Assembly (NCBI GenBank): GCA_950097015.1
Contig: CATNEN010000034.1
Span: 7,192,001 to 7,256,000, forward strand
Direction: 5' to 3'
DNA: 64,000 nucleotides
Source: Macrostomum hystrix
Taxonomy: Eukaryota > Animalia > Platyhelminthes
Positions 1-13,506 of the stretch are shown here, in pieces. The translations under genes were made by a program, and so were the position numbers. Below the pieces are notes generated by a model. It was not told where the DNA came from. It searched no databases and saw nothing but the letters and a program-made list of their open reading frames with translations. Each line of letters opens with the position of its first letter. The stretch's first letter is position 1.

Positions 1-92
1 GTACACCTGCCCTGTTACCAGAGGATGTGCCATTGCCCATAGTCCGCCTACAGCTGCTCATATTATTAAGGAAATATCTATAGGCGACTTAC

Positions 93-2825
93 TTGATTGA
101 CAGGGGTGTCAAACGGGACTGTCTCAGCTCGATCACTCTGACTCGCTCACGATCGTCTAGGTCAACTCGCTCATGGAACATGAATGGTCGGGGCAGGTCG
201 GAGTTCTTGAGTTCAGCATAGAAATCGCCAATATCCTCATACGGCGAGCCCATGTGACAGTCTTTTACTCTGATATCGATCACGACGTCATGCTGCAATT
301 ATTGTAACATTTTTGCACTCTCATTTAGACAAGTTTGATACGAAACAGCGTCTGGCAATTCAGGTTGTCAGAATCTCAAGAGTGAATGCTTTAGACTAAT
401 GTCAGGCACCCGATTCCAATGAGCCTCACCGTTAGCTAATCTTAATTTCTAGCGCCGAATCCCTAACCCCGAATCCCTAACCCCGAATCCCTAATCCCAA
501 ATCCCTAACCCCGAATCCCTAACCCCGAATCCCTAATCCCAAATCCCTAACCCCGAATCCCTAACCCCGAATCCCTAATCCCGAATCCCTAACCCCGAAT
601 CCCTAACCCCGAATCCCTAATCCCGAATCCCTAACCCCAAACTTCTACTCCCGAATTCCAAACCCCTGAATTCCAAACCCCGAATCCCTAACCCCGAATT
701 TCTACTCCCGAATTCCAAACCCCGAATCCCTAACCCCGAATCCCTAACCCCGAATCCCTAACCCCGAATCCCAAATCCCGAATCCCTAACCCCGAGTCCA
801 TGGCTTTAAATCCCTAATCCGAATCTATAAACCCCGAATTTATTATTTCAAATCCCCAAAATTGAATCCTAAGCCACAAATCCTGTATCCTAAATCCCAA
901 TTCTTAATTTGATTAGAATCTATAACGCCGAACCCACTAAAAAATCCCCTCTCTACTAATACTCAGAATCTCGCGCTAAATTTATGAGCCAATGAGCCTC
1001 AGAGCAAACTGTCCATACTCACAACACCAGACTCCTCAGCAATCTGCAATGGGTTGGTCAGGTTGCTGCCAATCTTGTCGCCAAAGGTGATTTGACTGAC
1101 ATCTTTCAGACAGTCGGATGCGCTGTTCGATTCACCCCTACATTATTTGCGTTTGAAATTTACTTGAATTGTTTAAAAATGCGTCACTTTCTACTGCAAG
1201 TAGGCTAATAAAGGCATACCAATTGCCGCGAACGCGAATTACAAAGGCCGGATCGCACAGCCTGCCACTGTCGCATTTTGAGTGAATTTTTAATAGATTC
1301 TCGTAGTTTTCATAGTGGTCCAGCTTGAGGTAGAATTTCGGGCTCTGTCGGAATGGCAGGTGATTAGTTTTTTTTTAATCAGAGACCACTTATCAATAAG
1401 GCGTTGAATCAGCAGATCAGCAACACTGCTTAACATATTGATTACGGGATTCTACTGGTAGATTAGCTACCTAATCTACATATAGAATAGTGAATCTTCT
1501 AGCAGATTAGCTACCTAATCTACATATAGAATAGTGAATCTTCTAGCAGATTAGCTACCTAATCTACATATAGAATAGTGAATCTTCTAGCAGATTAGCT
1601 ACCTACTCCACATATAGAATAGTGAATCTTCTAGTAGATTAGCTACCTACTCCACATATAGAATAGTGAATCTTCTAGTTGATTAACAACCTACTCCACA
1701 TATAGAATAGTGAATCTTCTAGTAGATTAGCTACCTACTCCACATATAGAATAGTGAATCTTCTAGTAGATTAGCGACCTACTCCACATATAGAATAGTG
1801 AATCTTCTAGTAGATTAGCAACCTACTCCACATATAGAATAGTGAATCTTCTAGTAGATTAGCAACCTACTCCACATATAGAATAGTGAATCTTCTAGTA
1901 GATTAGCTACCTACTCTGCATATTGAATAGGGAAATCTACTGGTAGATTGGCTACCTAAGCTACATATAGAATAGTGAATCTACTGGTAGATTAGCTACC
2001 TACTCCACATATAGAATAGTGAATCTTCTAGTAGATTAGCAACCTACTCCACATATAGAATAGTGAATCTTCTAGTAGATTAGCTACCTACTCCACATAT
2101 AGAATAGTGAATCTTCTAGTTGATTAACAACCTACTCCACATATAGAATAGTGAATCTTCTAGTAGATTAGCTACCTACTCCACATATAGAATAGTGAAT
2201 CTTCTAGTAGATTAGCAACCTACTCCACATATAGAATAGTGAATCTTCTAGTAGATTAGCAACCTACTCCACATATAGAATAGTGAATCTTCTAGTAGAT
2301 TAGCTACCTACTCTGCATATTGAATAGGGAAATCTACTGGTAGATTGGCTACCTAAGCTACATATAGAATAGTGAATCTACTGGTAGATTAGCTACCTAC
2401 TCCACATATAGAATAGTGAATCTTCTAGTAGATTAGCAACCTACTCCACATATAGAATAGTGAATCTTCTAGTAGATTAGCTACCTACTCCACATATAGA
2501 ATAGTGAATCTTCTAGTAGATTAGCTACCTACTCCACATATAGAATAGTGAATCTTCTAGCAGATTAGCTACCTACTCCACATATAGAATAGTGAATCTT
2601 CTAGTAGATTAGCTACCTACTCCACATATAGAATAGTGAATCTTCTAGTAGATTAGCTACCTACTCCACATATAGAATAGTGAATCTAGTGGTAGGTTAG
2701 CTAGCTACTCTACTAATCGATTAGCTGCTATAAAGAGGCAACAGAACTCCATTTGGACTCACTGCTGAGGTCAGCCAAAGCTGCTCAAAGGCCAGGATGG
2801 AAACAATGAAAGCCAGAAATTTCAT
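93..2825 (-). CDS. Secreted/membrane protein with Notch-ligand N-terminal (MNNL/C2-like) domain; exons 2825-2763, 1344-1220, 1137-1023, 292-93; continues off the left edge
   Basis: Four phase-compatible exons (0/2/0/2) with AG acceptors and GTGAGT, GTATGC, GTGAGT, GTAAGT donors splice to MKFLAFIVSILAFEQLWLTSA-SPKFYLKLDHYEN...KCDSGRLCDPAFVIRVRGNWG...DC...ITFGDKIGSNLTNPL...VIDIRVKDCHMGSPYEDIGDF. Exon 1 is signal-peptide-like. Domain call is from motif recognition only. Confidence 0.75.
455..800. repeat. 14-bp tandem repeat (CCCCGAATCCCTAA)n containing the telomeric hexamer CCCTAA
   Basis: Directly visible array, degenerating at the 3' side. Confidence 0.95.
1455..2710. repeat. 44-bp tandem satellite (AGATTAGCTACCTACTCCACATATAGAATAGTGAATCTTCTAGT)n, in intron 1 of the nested gene
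   Basis: About 28 head-to-tail units; a variant block recurs at ~1914 and ~2311. Confidence 0.95.
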
Positions 2826-3126
2826 CTTGGCCAAGGATCTGCTCACGGTTTGTAGATATCGGCCGCAGATCTAAGCTGGCTTTTCCGCTTAGATATTGCT
2901 GTCAGTTTGCACAATGTCTGCCGCCAAATTCAACTTTTATATTCTGTCTTTAATTTAAAATTATTGCAGAAATGTGGAGAAGGAAACAAGAAGATTATTC
3001 GAATGCTTCTAGAGGGCGAATAATTATGGCAAATTTGGCCTGCTTTGAGGGGCGGACGGGGTGGGTTCAAATGCTATTCGACCCTCAGAATATATATGGG
3101 GTGGAGATAAGGACAGAGGAGTGTCA

Positions 3127-3159
<33 letters not shown>

Positions 3160-3301
3160 CACAGCTTGTGATAACAAATTCAGGCTGCAAAACCTACTTA
3201 TCAATAATATTGTCTTATAACAACATGAAGGCTGGGAGACAGTTGCGTAATACACCAAGTTAGCAGCGCAAAATGAAAAATTTGCACAAAACTCATTTCA
3301 G

Positions 3302-6300
3302 GCAAACTGATGTACGGCGTGTTCTCAGCCATAACATTTGTTGTGCTGCTAAATATGCTCATCGCCATGATGAACTGCAGCTACGAGTCTATTGCTGTGA
3401 GTAGACCTTGGCGACTGGAGGAGTGAGGTGGTTCGAGGAGTGAGTTGGTTCGAGGAGTGAGTTGGTTCGAGGAGTGAGGTGGTTGAGGAGTGAGGTGGTT
3501 GAGGAGTGAGGTGGTTGGAGGAGTGAGGTGGTTGGAGGAGTGAGGTGGTTGAGGAGTGAGGTGGTTGGGCGAGTGAGGTGGTTGAGGAGTGAGGTGGTTG
3601 GGCGAGTGAGGTGGTTGAGGAGTGAGGTGATTGGAGGAGTGAGGTGGTTGAGGAGTGAGGTGGTTGAGGAGTGAGGTGGTTGGGCGAGTGAGGTGGTTGA
3701 GGAGTGAGGTGGTTGGGCGAGTGAGGTGGTTGAGGAGTGAGGTGTTTGGGGGAGTGAGGTGTTTGGGGGAGTGAGGTGATTGGAGGAGTGAGGTGGTTGG
3801 AGGACTGGGGAGGTTAACGGCGTGAGGTGATTTGAGTAGTTGGGTAGGGGTTGGTGTGGTGAGTAGGTTTGAAGTTTGTTTAGGTTTGTAATAGCAATAA
3901 AGATGCAAATTAAAGAAAACGGTCAAAACTGCGAAAACCAGCAAAAACAAATGCTAGTTGAGACTTAAGTTTTTTTCGACGAAGAAATTCTCATCGAAGC
4001 AATAATTTTCGCCAGATTGAGTACATTTTTAGTTCCTTGGGGAAAGTTCTAGGGTCGCTTTTCTAACCTAATGAACTGCGCAGAAAATAGTTTTTGTACT
4101 CGTATTTCTCTTTTCAAGCCAAGCGAAAAATCTAAATTGCTCTCTGAAGTGACTCAAGCGAAAATTCTCTTTGTGACTGAAAGAAACCAAGTTTTGCTCA
4201 GTAATACAGACTTTATATCAGTATTTTTTCAACTCGCTGGTTACCGAGCTCGCAATCTAAAAGGCGAGAGAGTTTTAGGAAGTAGTGTAGCAAAACACAC
4301 CTATTTTTGTCTCGCTTTCCTCAAAAGCAGTTAAAAATGCTCAAGTAAAAAAAATTCCACCAACCTCACTTATGGCAACAGCCACCTCACTCCACCAGCA
4401 GCCACCTCACTCCGCTAACAGCTATCTCACTCCGCCAACAGCCACCTCTACCCCACTATCAGCCACCTCCCTCCATGAATACGAATGGCCCCAAGCGCTA
4501 TCATACGGAGTGAAGTGGTCAGTCAACAGATTAGGCTGAAATCTATCAACATATTCTCTCCCCAGACACAAGCGGACACTGAGTGGAAGTTCGCCCGAAG
4601 CAAGCTGTGGATCAGCTATTTCGAAGAGGGTGGCACCCTGCCTGTGCCTTTCAACATCATTCCCAGTCCCAAGTCTTTCTTCTACATCGCGACTTGGATG
4701 AAGGACCGGTTCTGCTCCTGCTCCAAGCAGCACCAGCGGAGCAAGTGGCAGAGCATTCGGGTGAGGACCAAACGATTCCGTGTACTTGTTGTTGAGACCC
4801 TTAAAATAGGCTTTTTTACTAGGCAGCAATAAAATCCATTCGCCTAGAAATCAAATCCATCCGCCTATAACCTAAATCCACCCGCCTAGCAACTAAATCC
4901 TTCCGCCTAGCAACTAAATCCATCCACCTAGCAACCACAGAGATTCCAGAGACGCCGCTCTCCACTTTCAGAAGGTTGTTAAACGAGTCAACGAGCGCGA
5001 GGCCCGCTACCAAACAGTGATGCGGGACCTGGTTAAGCGCTATCTGATGGTGCGCCAGAGGCTGGATGAGCGCCAGGGCGTCACGGAGGACGATTTGAAC
5101 GAGATCAAGGGCGACATCTCCGCGTTCCGCTTTGAACTATTGGAGATTCTGCGCACAAACGGGATGAAGACTCCGGCTTACACGCAGCACAGAGCCAGTG
5201 AGTACAGCCGGGACAGTCTTTAAGTACCGGAAAAGTTTCAAGCTTGAGAATAATTTTTTTAATTGATTATACCTTTTTTATTTAGACCGAATCTTAGTAG
5301 AATTTGAAGTTGATATTGTGTAGAAGTAATTTACTTTCGCGAGTAAATTTTAGCTCGAAGATTATTTTATGGCGAAATTTGCAAATCAAGGTATTGTGTA
5401 ATTTTTGACAACCGACGAAAGAAACTTAATAGAGGAAAAGCGGTTGCTTGTAACTAGCAGTCACCGAAGCAAAGTTGAGTTTCAAAGATTTACCAGCGGA
5501 TCGAGTGTTTAAAATCTCTCACCTGATTGTGTTTCTTAAATTTAGAATCCGCTATTAAACTTGGAAATTAGCAAGGCTGTCTACTAAATACAGCGCTTAT
5601 CCTTATAAAAGCGAACGCTTCACATGAAACTATTATTAAACATGACACTAGATTTAGTAGCCAAGCCGAATCGCAAACTGTAGTACAGGTAGACTAAACT
5701 ACCAAGTGATCTATACTAATTGGCAGAGTGGTTAACGCGTTTGCCCCTCGCACCAAGGTCCCCGAGCTCGACTCCGCGGCGAGACCACATTGATTTGGGG
5801 CGCAGCCGCGGAGAGAAGGCTTTTAGGACTTGTCGTGTCGTACACACCTGTGTGACCGAGTGCTTGGAAGATTTTATTAAGTAGGACTTTTTAAATAAAT
5901 GCCCTTAGTTTTAATTATTGACTACTTTAAGTAAATAATAATCTATTAAAACAGGTATAGGCAAGCATAGGCAATAAGTATTTCTTTCTCGTTCTAAAAA
6001 AGCATATGACCGGAAGGGCAACAGATTTTGTGTATCAAAAGCCATGGCAGCTGCACCGGAAATAGCTTCGCCGCAGGCAGCTGCAGTGTGTGCAAATCTA
6101 AATTTTCCATCTCTGCAGGCCTTTAAAAGTTTTCCATACGAGATGTTGGATAGAACCTGCACGGCTGGTTCTAATAGCTTTGAATAATATCGATTTGTCA
6201 TAACAGTCGCTTGGAAATTGAATGGCCGAGAACTAACAAAGCACAAGGGGGTCGGTGGCAGAGCGGTCTAATGCGTTTGCCTCTCGCACCAATGTCCCTA

Positions 6301-7138
6301 GGCTCGATTCTGCGGCGAGGCCACATTTGTTTGAGAGAACGCTTGGGGGCTTGTCATGCAATTTATGCCCTTAAGGGGCAGCCCTTCAAGGCACAGTGAA
6401 AAGTCAGGGCAGATGTACACACCTGTGTGAGCGTGCGCCTGTGTACGGTATCTGTGTACGTGTGTGCTCAGGAGTCAGCGGAATGGGCAGAACTCCATCC
6501 TCGCTGACTGTGGGTCTACTGTCACCAAATGATGTGCCGCTGCCCACAGCCCTCCTGCAGTTATTATTTATTATTACTATTAACAAAGCACACGTGCATT
6601 CTATTATTATTCTTTCAATCCGCCAGCCAAACTCCGCCGACGTGGCAGCAAGCGATCGATGCAGAGCCGACGACTCGGCAAGTTTGACGCGATCAGCGAG
6701 GAGGGCGCCACTGCCGGGGCGTTCAGCAGCTGCGGCAGCGCTGGCAGCCTTCAGTCGACCTCGGACCAGACAGTCCTGGTAGGCGGCGGCTTCGCGGGCA
6801 GCTCAGCCAACCGGCTGCCAATCCGCTCCTATTCACAGCCTGGCGGCTTCGAGGACTGCTCAAACCGAACGGAGCTGATGCTCAACCCGGCCCAGTTGAA
6901 AACATTCGCGCAGGACGGCGGCGGTTCGCCTACTGCGGCACCGAAGAAGCCAACTGCGACAGGCGGCGGCGTCGTCACAAAGAAGGTCTCTTTCGGCGGC
7001 GAAGAGTCCGTGGACGAAGCGGACGGAGTGTTTGAAGAAGGCGCTTCGCCAAAGAAGCGAACTAAAACGACGCCCGGTACGGCGCCGACCACGACAATCG
7101 CGACTTCATGCGTAGAACGACGCAGCGACCTTGTTTGA
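3302..7138 (+). CDS. TRPC-family (TRP-gamma/TRPC4/5-like) cation channel, 3' exons 3302-3396, 4566-4760, 4972-5197, 6627-7138; 5' exons lie left of the window
   Basis: S6 [14 protein letters not shown] box [24 protein letters not shown], coiled coil [12 protein letters not shown] and [21 protein letters not shown]; canonical phase-consistent splice sites. Confidence 0.93.
3415..3805. repeat. ~16-bp minisatellite (GAGGAGTGAGGTGGTT)n just inside a TRPC intron
   Basis: Direct; explains the spurious ORF 3381-3950. Confidence 0.93.
5720..5885 (+). mobile_element. tRNA-derived SINE family 1, internally deleted copy
   Basis: A-box-like TGGCAGAGTGG, B-box-like GCTCGACTCC; homologous to 6247 and 39759 copies. 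Confidence 0.75.
6247..6580 (+). mobile_element. tRNA-derived SINE family 1, full length
   Basis: A/B boxes, 3' end CCCTCCTGCA+(TTA)n, TSD TAACAAAGCACA (6234-6245 / 6581-6592). Confidence 0.88.
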
Positions 7139-7464
7139 CATTCAAGTGACTCCAATCATGACACCCTATATCAGCGGGATAGTCACTTGACACTGTATGT
7201 TGTGACCTGATGGCTTACTTTGAAGTTATCTTTTGCTATTAACTGCTTTGCAATGTCATCTGACCTGATCTTGTCTCATTTGGATTCAGCCCAGATCCAT
7301 AACAATATTCTATTTGAGTTATAAAATATATAACATTATATTTGCATGAGGGCAGTCGGCAATGGCACAATGGCAGTAAGACTACAGTCAGCGAGAAGAG
7401 ATTCTGCCTATTTTGGCACACAGATACCACTCAAACACGCACACAGGTGTGTACATGTGACCAT

Positions 7465-8226
7465 TAGGGATATCTAAAAGCTGACTAAATCCCATTAGGG
7501 ATATCCAAAAGCAGTCTAAATCCTATTAAGGATATCCAAAAGCTGTCTAAATCCTATTAGTGATATCCAAAAGCTGTCAAAATCGCATTAGGGATATAAA
7601 AAAGCTGTCTAAATCCCATTAGGGATATCTAATAGCTGCCTAAATCCCATTAGGGATATCCAAAAGCTGTCTAAATCGCATTAGGGATATAAAAAAGCTG
7701 TCTAAATCCCATTAGGGATATCTAATAGCTGCCTAAATCCCATTAGGGATATCCAAAAGCAGTCTAAATCCTATTAAGGATATCCAAAAGCTGTCTAAAT
7801 CCTATTAGTGATATCCAAAAGCTGTCAAAATCGCATTAGGGATATAAAAAAGCTGTCTAAATCCCATTAGTGATATCCAAAAGCTGTCTAAATCGCATTA
7901 GGGATATCCAAAAGCTGTCTAAATCGCATTAGGGATATAAAAAAGCTGTCTAAATCCCATTAGGGATATCTAAAAGCAGTCTAAATCCCATTATGGATAT
8001 CTAAAAGCAGTCAAAATCCCATTAGGGATATCTAAGTCTAAAAGCTGTCTAAATCCCATTCGGGATATCTAAGTCTAAAAGCTGTCTAAATCCCATTAGG
8101 GATATCTAAGTCTAAAAGCAGTCTAAACCCCATTAGGGATATCTAAAAGCAGTCTAAATCCCATTAGGGATATCTAAGTCTAAATCCCATTCGGGATATC
8201 TAAGTCTAAAAGCTGTCTAAATCCCA
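7465..8226. repeat. ~31-bp tandem repeat (CCCATTAGGGATATCCAAAAGCTGTCTAAAT)n
   Basis: Direct. Confidence 0.93.
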
Positions 8227-9212
8227 GTGAGTTTTGAGAGATTTCCTGCAATTAAAATTCTTTTTTTTTCGCAAAGTTCATCAAGCCACTAAAATCTCGT
8301 GTGTGGAGACACGATTGACCTTTCGTGACCTTGCAAAGACACTGGGTTTCGGCGTGCAATTTCGGCACGTGACCCTACAGGCTGCGATCTCGGTTAAATG
8401 ACTTGATTTTTTGCGATCAACTGTTTAGAAATATCGCCAGCATGTGCGCATCTTATAATGCTACTCTGAGCAAAATGCTGAAGCCTCAACTACTCAAATG
8501 TGTCTCTTTAGGGCACAAATTAGCTGTGTATGCAACACTGATAATGCAAATACTAACTATATCCTTAATTATCGTTGCGACCAATTCGCTTACTGCACTA
8601 CTGCACGGGTAAAGTAGTAGTATAAATTGCTTCAGAAAGATGGCATATTTTATTGATAGAATCGCATTTTAAAGCGATTTATTGTTCATGCGAACTAGCA
8701 TCGACAAGTTGAATTTTTTACTGATTAAGCCTGATGCGAACTTCAAACATCTACGAGTAGATAACTCAAAATCTAATCTAACTACTGTATCTACCGTGTC
8801 CTTTTAATGTCGCTGTTAATTTTTTCGCTAGTACACATCTATTTTGATATTATTAAAATCAAAATACGTACCCACGCTGTTACAGATATTTATCTACTTT
8901 GCGCGTCTGAAAGCATTTTGCGATGAGAATTAAAGATACTGCTTTAAGATTAAAACATTTTTTTCCTATTTTTTCATTGGCAATTTTAGGTCAATATTGA
9001 AACGCAGGCACTGAGCATGATTTCTGTGATTATTGGCACTACTAGTAACCACTGAAGCTTCATTGCACCACATTAGTTAAAAACTACTAGTACGAGCGTA
9101 TTAAGAATATGCTTGTATTTCAAAAATAGCCCTAAAAATCAGCGTATAAAATAATCTGATTTACTGACAGAAATGGGACCATAACAATAACACAGACAAC
9201 CATAACAGAAAT

Positions 9213-10115
9213 ACCTACACTCAGACCAGCCGTTACAGACACTCTGACCAGCCGTTACAGACACTCAGACCAGCCGTTACAGACACTCAGACCAGCCGTT
9301 ACAGAAACTCAGACCAGCCGTTACAGACACTCAGAACAGTCGTTACAGACACTCAGACCAGCCGTTACAGACACTCAGACCAGCCGTTACAGACACTCAG
9401 ACCAGCCGTTACAGACACTCAGAACAGTCGTTACAGACACTCTGAACAGCCGTTACAGACACTCAGACCAGCCGTCACAGACACTCTGACCAGCCGTTAT
9501 AGACACTCAGAACAGTCGTTACAGACACTCTGAACAGCCGTTACAGACACTCTGAACAGCCGTTACAGACACTCTGAACAGCCGTTGCAGACACTCAGAA
9601 CAGCCGTTACAGACACTCAGAACAGTCGTTACAGACACTCTGAACAGCCGTTACAGACACTCTGAACAGCCGTTACAGACACTCTGAACAGCCGTTGCAG
9701 ACACTCAGAACAGCCGTTACAGACACTCAGAACAGCCGTTACAGACACTCTGAACAGCCGTTACAGACACTCTGAACAGCCATTACAGACACTCAAAACA
9801 GCCGTTACAGACACTCTGAACAGCCGTTACAGACACTCTGAACAGCCATTACAGACACTCAGAACAGCCGTTACAGACACTCTGAACAGCCGTTACAGAC
9901 ACTCTGAACAGCCGTTACAGACACTCTGAACAGCCGTTACAGAAACCGTATTACAGCCCTTACAGACACTGAACAGGCATTTCAGAAACCGTATTACAGC
10001 CCTTACAGACACTCAGAACAGGCGTTTCAGAAACCGTATTACAGCCATTACAGACAATCAGAACAGGCGTTTCAGAAACCGTATTACAGCCATTACAGAC
10101 ACCCTGAACAGCCAT
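9213..10115. repeat. 22-bp tandem repeat (ACAGACACTCAGAACAGCCGTT)n
   Basis: Direct. Confidence 0.95.
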
Positions 10116-10305
10116 TTTTGAAAATCTGAACAGACATTACAGATACAGATTACAGAAAAACAGACACCCAGACCAGGACAGACACCCAAACCAAACAGAC
10201 AAACATTTTTAACAGGCAAGTGAGACACGCAGAAGAGTTTGGCAGGAATTTCATTTGTACCAGCAGAATGAGTAATTTGGCGGCCGGCATGGATTAAAAA
10301 AATCG

Positions 10306-13300
10306 CTACTCGTCAGAGTCGGACAGGCGATGGCGCCTCGGCCGGTCAGTCGAAGGTGGCAGCAGGTGCTCCAGCAGCAGCCGGTTGACCAGCTGCGGAC
10401 AGTCCTGCTGCAGCCAGTGACTGGCTTCGGGCACCGGACGGTAGGTGAAGCGGCCCCGCAGGCAGTAGTGCCCGGACAATCGAGCGGAAGACTCCGTCAC
10501 GAAGCGGTCTCGGCAGCCGTAGAGCAGCAGCGTCGGCTGCTGGATGGGCGGCGAACGGCGGCCGTCTTTTAGCTCCGACAGCTCCTCGTAGGGATAGCGC
10601 ACACTGGCCCGGAAATAGTTGATAGGGCCAGTCAGAGCGCCTGAAAACGGTGGCGCGAGAGGAGCAGATATGAGGATGGGAATGAGTAGACAGCGGATGA
10701 GAATGAGTAGACAGCGGATGAGAACGAGTAGACAGCGGATGAGAATGAGTAGATAGCGGATGAGAATGAGTAGACAGCGGATGAGAATGAGTAGACAGCG
10801 GATGAGAATGAGTAGACAGCGGATGACAATGCGTAGACAGCGGATGAGAATGAATAGACAGCGGATGAGAATGAGCAGACAGCGGATGAGAATGAGTAGA
10901 CAGCGGATGAGAATGAGTAGACAGCGGATGAGAATGAATAGACAGCGGATGAGAATGAGTAGACAGCGGATGAGAATGAGTAGACAGCGGATGACAATGC
11001 GTAGACAGCGGATGAGAATGAATAGACAGCGGATGAGAATGAGCAGACAGCGGATGAGAATGAGTAGACAGCGGATGAGAATGAGTAGACAGCGGATGAC
11101 AATGCGTAGACAGCGGATGATAATGCGTAGACAGCGAATTAGAACGGGTAGATATCGGAATAGGATGAGAAAAAGACAGTATTAGAATGAGATATCAAGA
11201 GGCCCTCACCAGGCGCACAGAAGGCGAACTTATAAGCCTCCAGTTCCTCGCCATCCATGGCGCCTCGCCGCACTCCCTGACTCTTGCCTGTCAGCGAGTC
11301 GGCCAAGGCGGCCAGATCCTGCCGGCCAATCAGCCACTCGGGCAGGCGGGGCAGCTGGAAGAAGAATAGGTGCCACGCGCGGAAGAACTGCGCCCTGGTG
11401 CTGCGCAGGCAGGCATTGTAGGCCAGAGGGTGCGGTGAGTTGAGGAGCACCAGACGCCTGACCATAGCCGGCCGACTGGTTGTTAGGGCCCAAGCCACCC
11501 AGCCGCCAAAGTCGTGGCCAACCAGGCAGCAGCTGGTGTAGCCTTTATTGGGGTAGGTGGACAGGACGACTTTAATTTGGGAAAAAAATAGCAGTTTACT
11601 TTGGCGATCCGCGGAGAGAAGGCTTGGGGGCTTGTCGTGCAATTTACGCCCTTAAAGGGCCAACTTTCAAGGCACACTGCCTCACGATGAGAAAGTCGGG
11701 GCAGATGTACACACCTGTGTGAGTGTGTGCTTAGAAGTCAGCGGACTCGTGAATTCCATCCTCGCTGACTGTGGGCCTAGTGTCACCAAATGATGTGCCA
11801 TTGCCCACAGCCCTCCTGCATTTATTATAATAATATTATCATGCTCACACTATCCTACTTCCAGAATCCTATCAGTAGTGTGTCCAATTCGAACAGTCCA
11901 ACACTCACCCAGGGCTAAAATGGCCTGGCGAACATCTTCAACCAGGTGTGCCAAGCGATAGTTCTCAACGCCCACTGGCTTGTCCGAGTCACCATAGCCG
12001 CGCATGTCTAGGGCCACAACCCTGGAACCAGATAGATTCTAGTAAAATGAATTGTATCATAGTGTTCGAATTTAGAACAATGAGAAGCAGGTACAACAAA
12101 TGAGAAAAAATCACCTGAAGTGTTGAGTTAGCTCACTATTCAATTGATGCCTCCAGCTAAACCAGAATTCTGGGAAGCCATGCAGCAACAACAGTAGTGG
12201 CTTGCTAGGGTCTCCATTAGCAACACTGTGCATGGTCAGGTTCTGGTTCAATAAAAGAATTATTAATTATTAATTAGTTCAATACAGATTTTTTAATATA
12301 AGTTTTGAGTTTGCAGTCTTTACTTGTCAAACTATATTAGTTTATACCTAACAATTATAGTCATTTTTAATGTAAGCAATTTTTATAATGACTAAGTTAG
12401 ACAGGGTGATTCATTTTTTAAAGACAGCATACTTTTGTCTTAATACAAAGTTTTGTGTATGCTTAGCTATTTTGGTTAATAGTTTTTTTGCTGTAAAGTT
12501 TAATACTTGTTATGATATAATGCTGTGCAAGATATTATATATTCTAGATTATAATAATTTATCAACTTATTCCAAAATTATTTGCTTATTTTTTATCTGT
12601 AATTGCACAAAAACTTAAGATGTCATTATAAATGTACAGAAAAATTGCTGTTTAACCTAGCTAATCATATTTATTTGTTTAACTAGCTATACAAAATGTT
12701 TTCATAATTTAGTTGCTATATAGTTTAGCCCACATTTAAGGAGGTGTCAAGTGTAAAATAGAATAGCTTTTGGACAAGGCATACATGATAGGCTAGGCCT
12801 ATATAAAGATTATATACCAACTTTTATGCTAAAATCTGTCTTAGGGTTTTTGTACACTGAAATATTCCAGTGTTCCGGAAATAAGCCTTCCTGATGACTA
12901 ATAATAATAATTCTTGTAAAAAGTAATTTCTGTTAATTTATTGTATTGTCTAGGAAATGTAGCCAGAAAAGAATAAATATACATTTTTAAATTACATTTT
13001 TAATTAAATCAAAATAATGACTATATTAGAGCTATGCACTAAAAAGCAAGCAAAAAGTAGTATTTGAGAGATAGCTAGGCCTAGTTTTGATACCATATCA
13101 TAGACATGGCATAGGCCTACTTTAAAGCCCAAAAATTAATGAAATGTTATAATTAAAATATTATTACTTAACAAACATGCCAATAGTTACATGGTGTGGG
13201 ATTCAGTTTTTTTTATTTAGGCCCTAGTTTGCTGTTGGGCCCCATCTAAATCTTAAGTACAAAGGTTAAGGACACAACAATAAAAATGACAGGAAGCACA

Positions 13301-13506
13301 GAATAGCTTAGGCCTACCTCAAGGTGGAGATAACACGATTTTCCATAACGAGAATCAGTTAAAATTTTTGGTCTGCTTCTGAAATTCGGTCCTGAAAGTG
13401 CTTTCTTGCCATACAGAATAATAGAGAGGACAAATTTAAATAGAACTAGTACCGCATATATAAGTCCTATTGCAAAAGCAATGAAGAACCCGCCGGTTTT
13501 CTTCAT
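10306..13506 (-). CDS. Epoxide hydrolase 3/4-like alpha/beta hydrolase; exons 13506-13318, 12242-12115, 12021-11909, 11542-11210, 10640-10306
   Basis: N-terminal membrane anchor, LLHGFPEFWFSWRHQ, VALDMRGYGDSDKP, nucleophile LVGHDFGG, GPINYFRA, TLLLYGCRD, ASHWLQQD; all introns GT-AG and phase-consistent. Confidence 0.92.
10665..11150. repeat. 21-bp intronic minisatellite (GAGAATGAGTAGACAGCGGAT)n
   Basis: Direct; lies in the last EPHX intron. Confidence 0.95.
11602..11838 (+). mobile_element. SINE family 1, 5'-truncated, in an EPHX intron
   Basis: Body and 3' end match the other copies; (TTA)-rich tail. Confidence 0.85.

Noticed and set aside
1455-2710. 44-bp repeats with an internal hairpin (TAGATTAG-CTAC-CTAATCTA), superficially CRISPR-like
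   Set aside because: Head-to-tail units with no unique spacers, no cas genes, eukaryotic intron context.
2972-3220. 82-aa plus-strand ORF as a TRPC exon
   Set aside because: No TRPC pore or S5 motifs, and it runs into a (GT)n microsatellite.
10632-11185. Repetitive ORFs (RQRMRMS)n and (SSAVYSF)n
   Set aside because: 21-bp minisatellite in an EPHX intron; open only because the unit is a multiple of 3.
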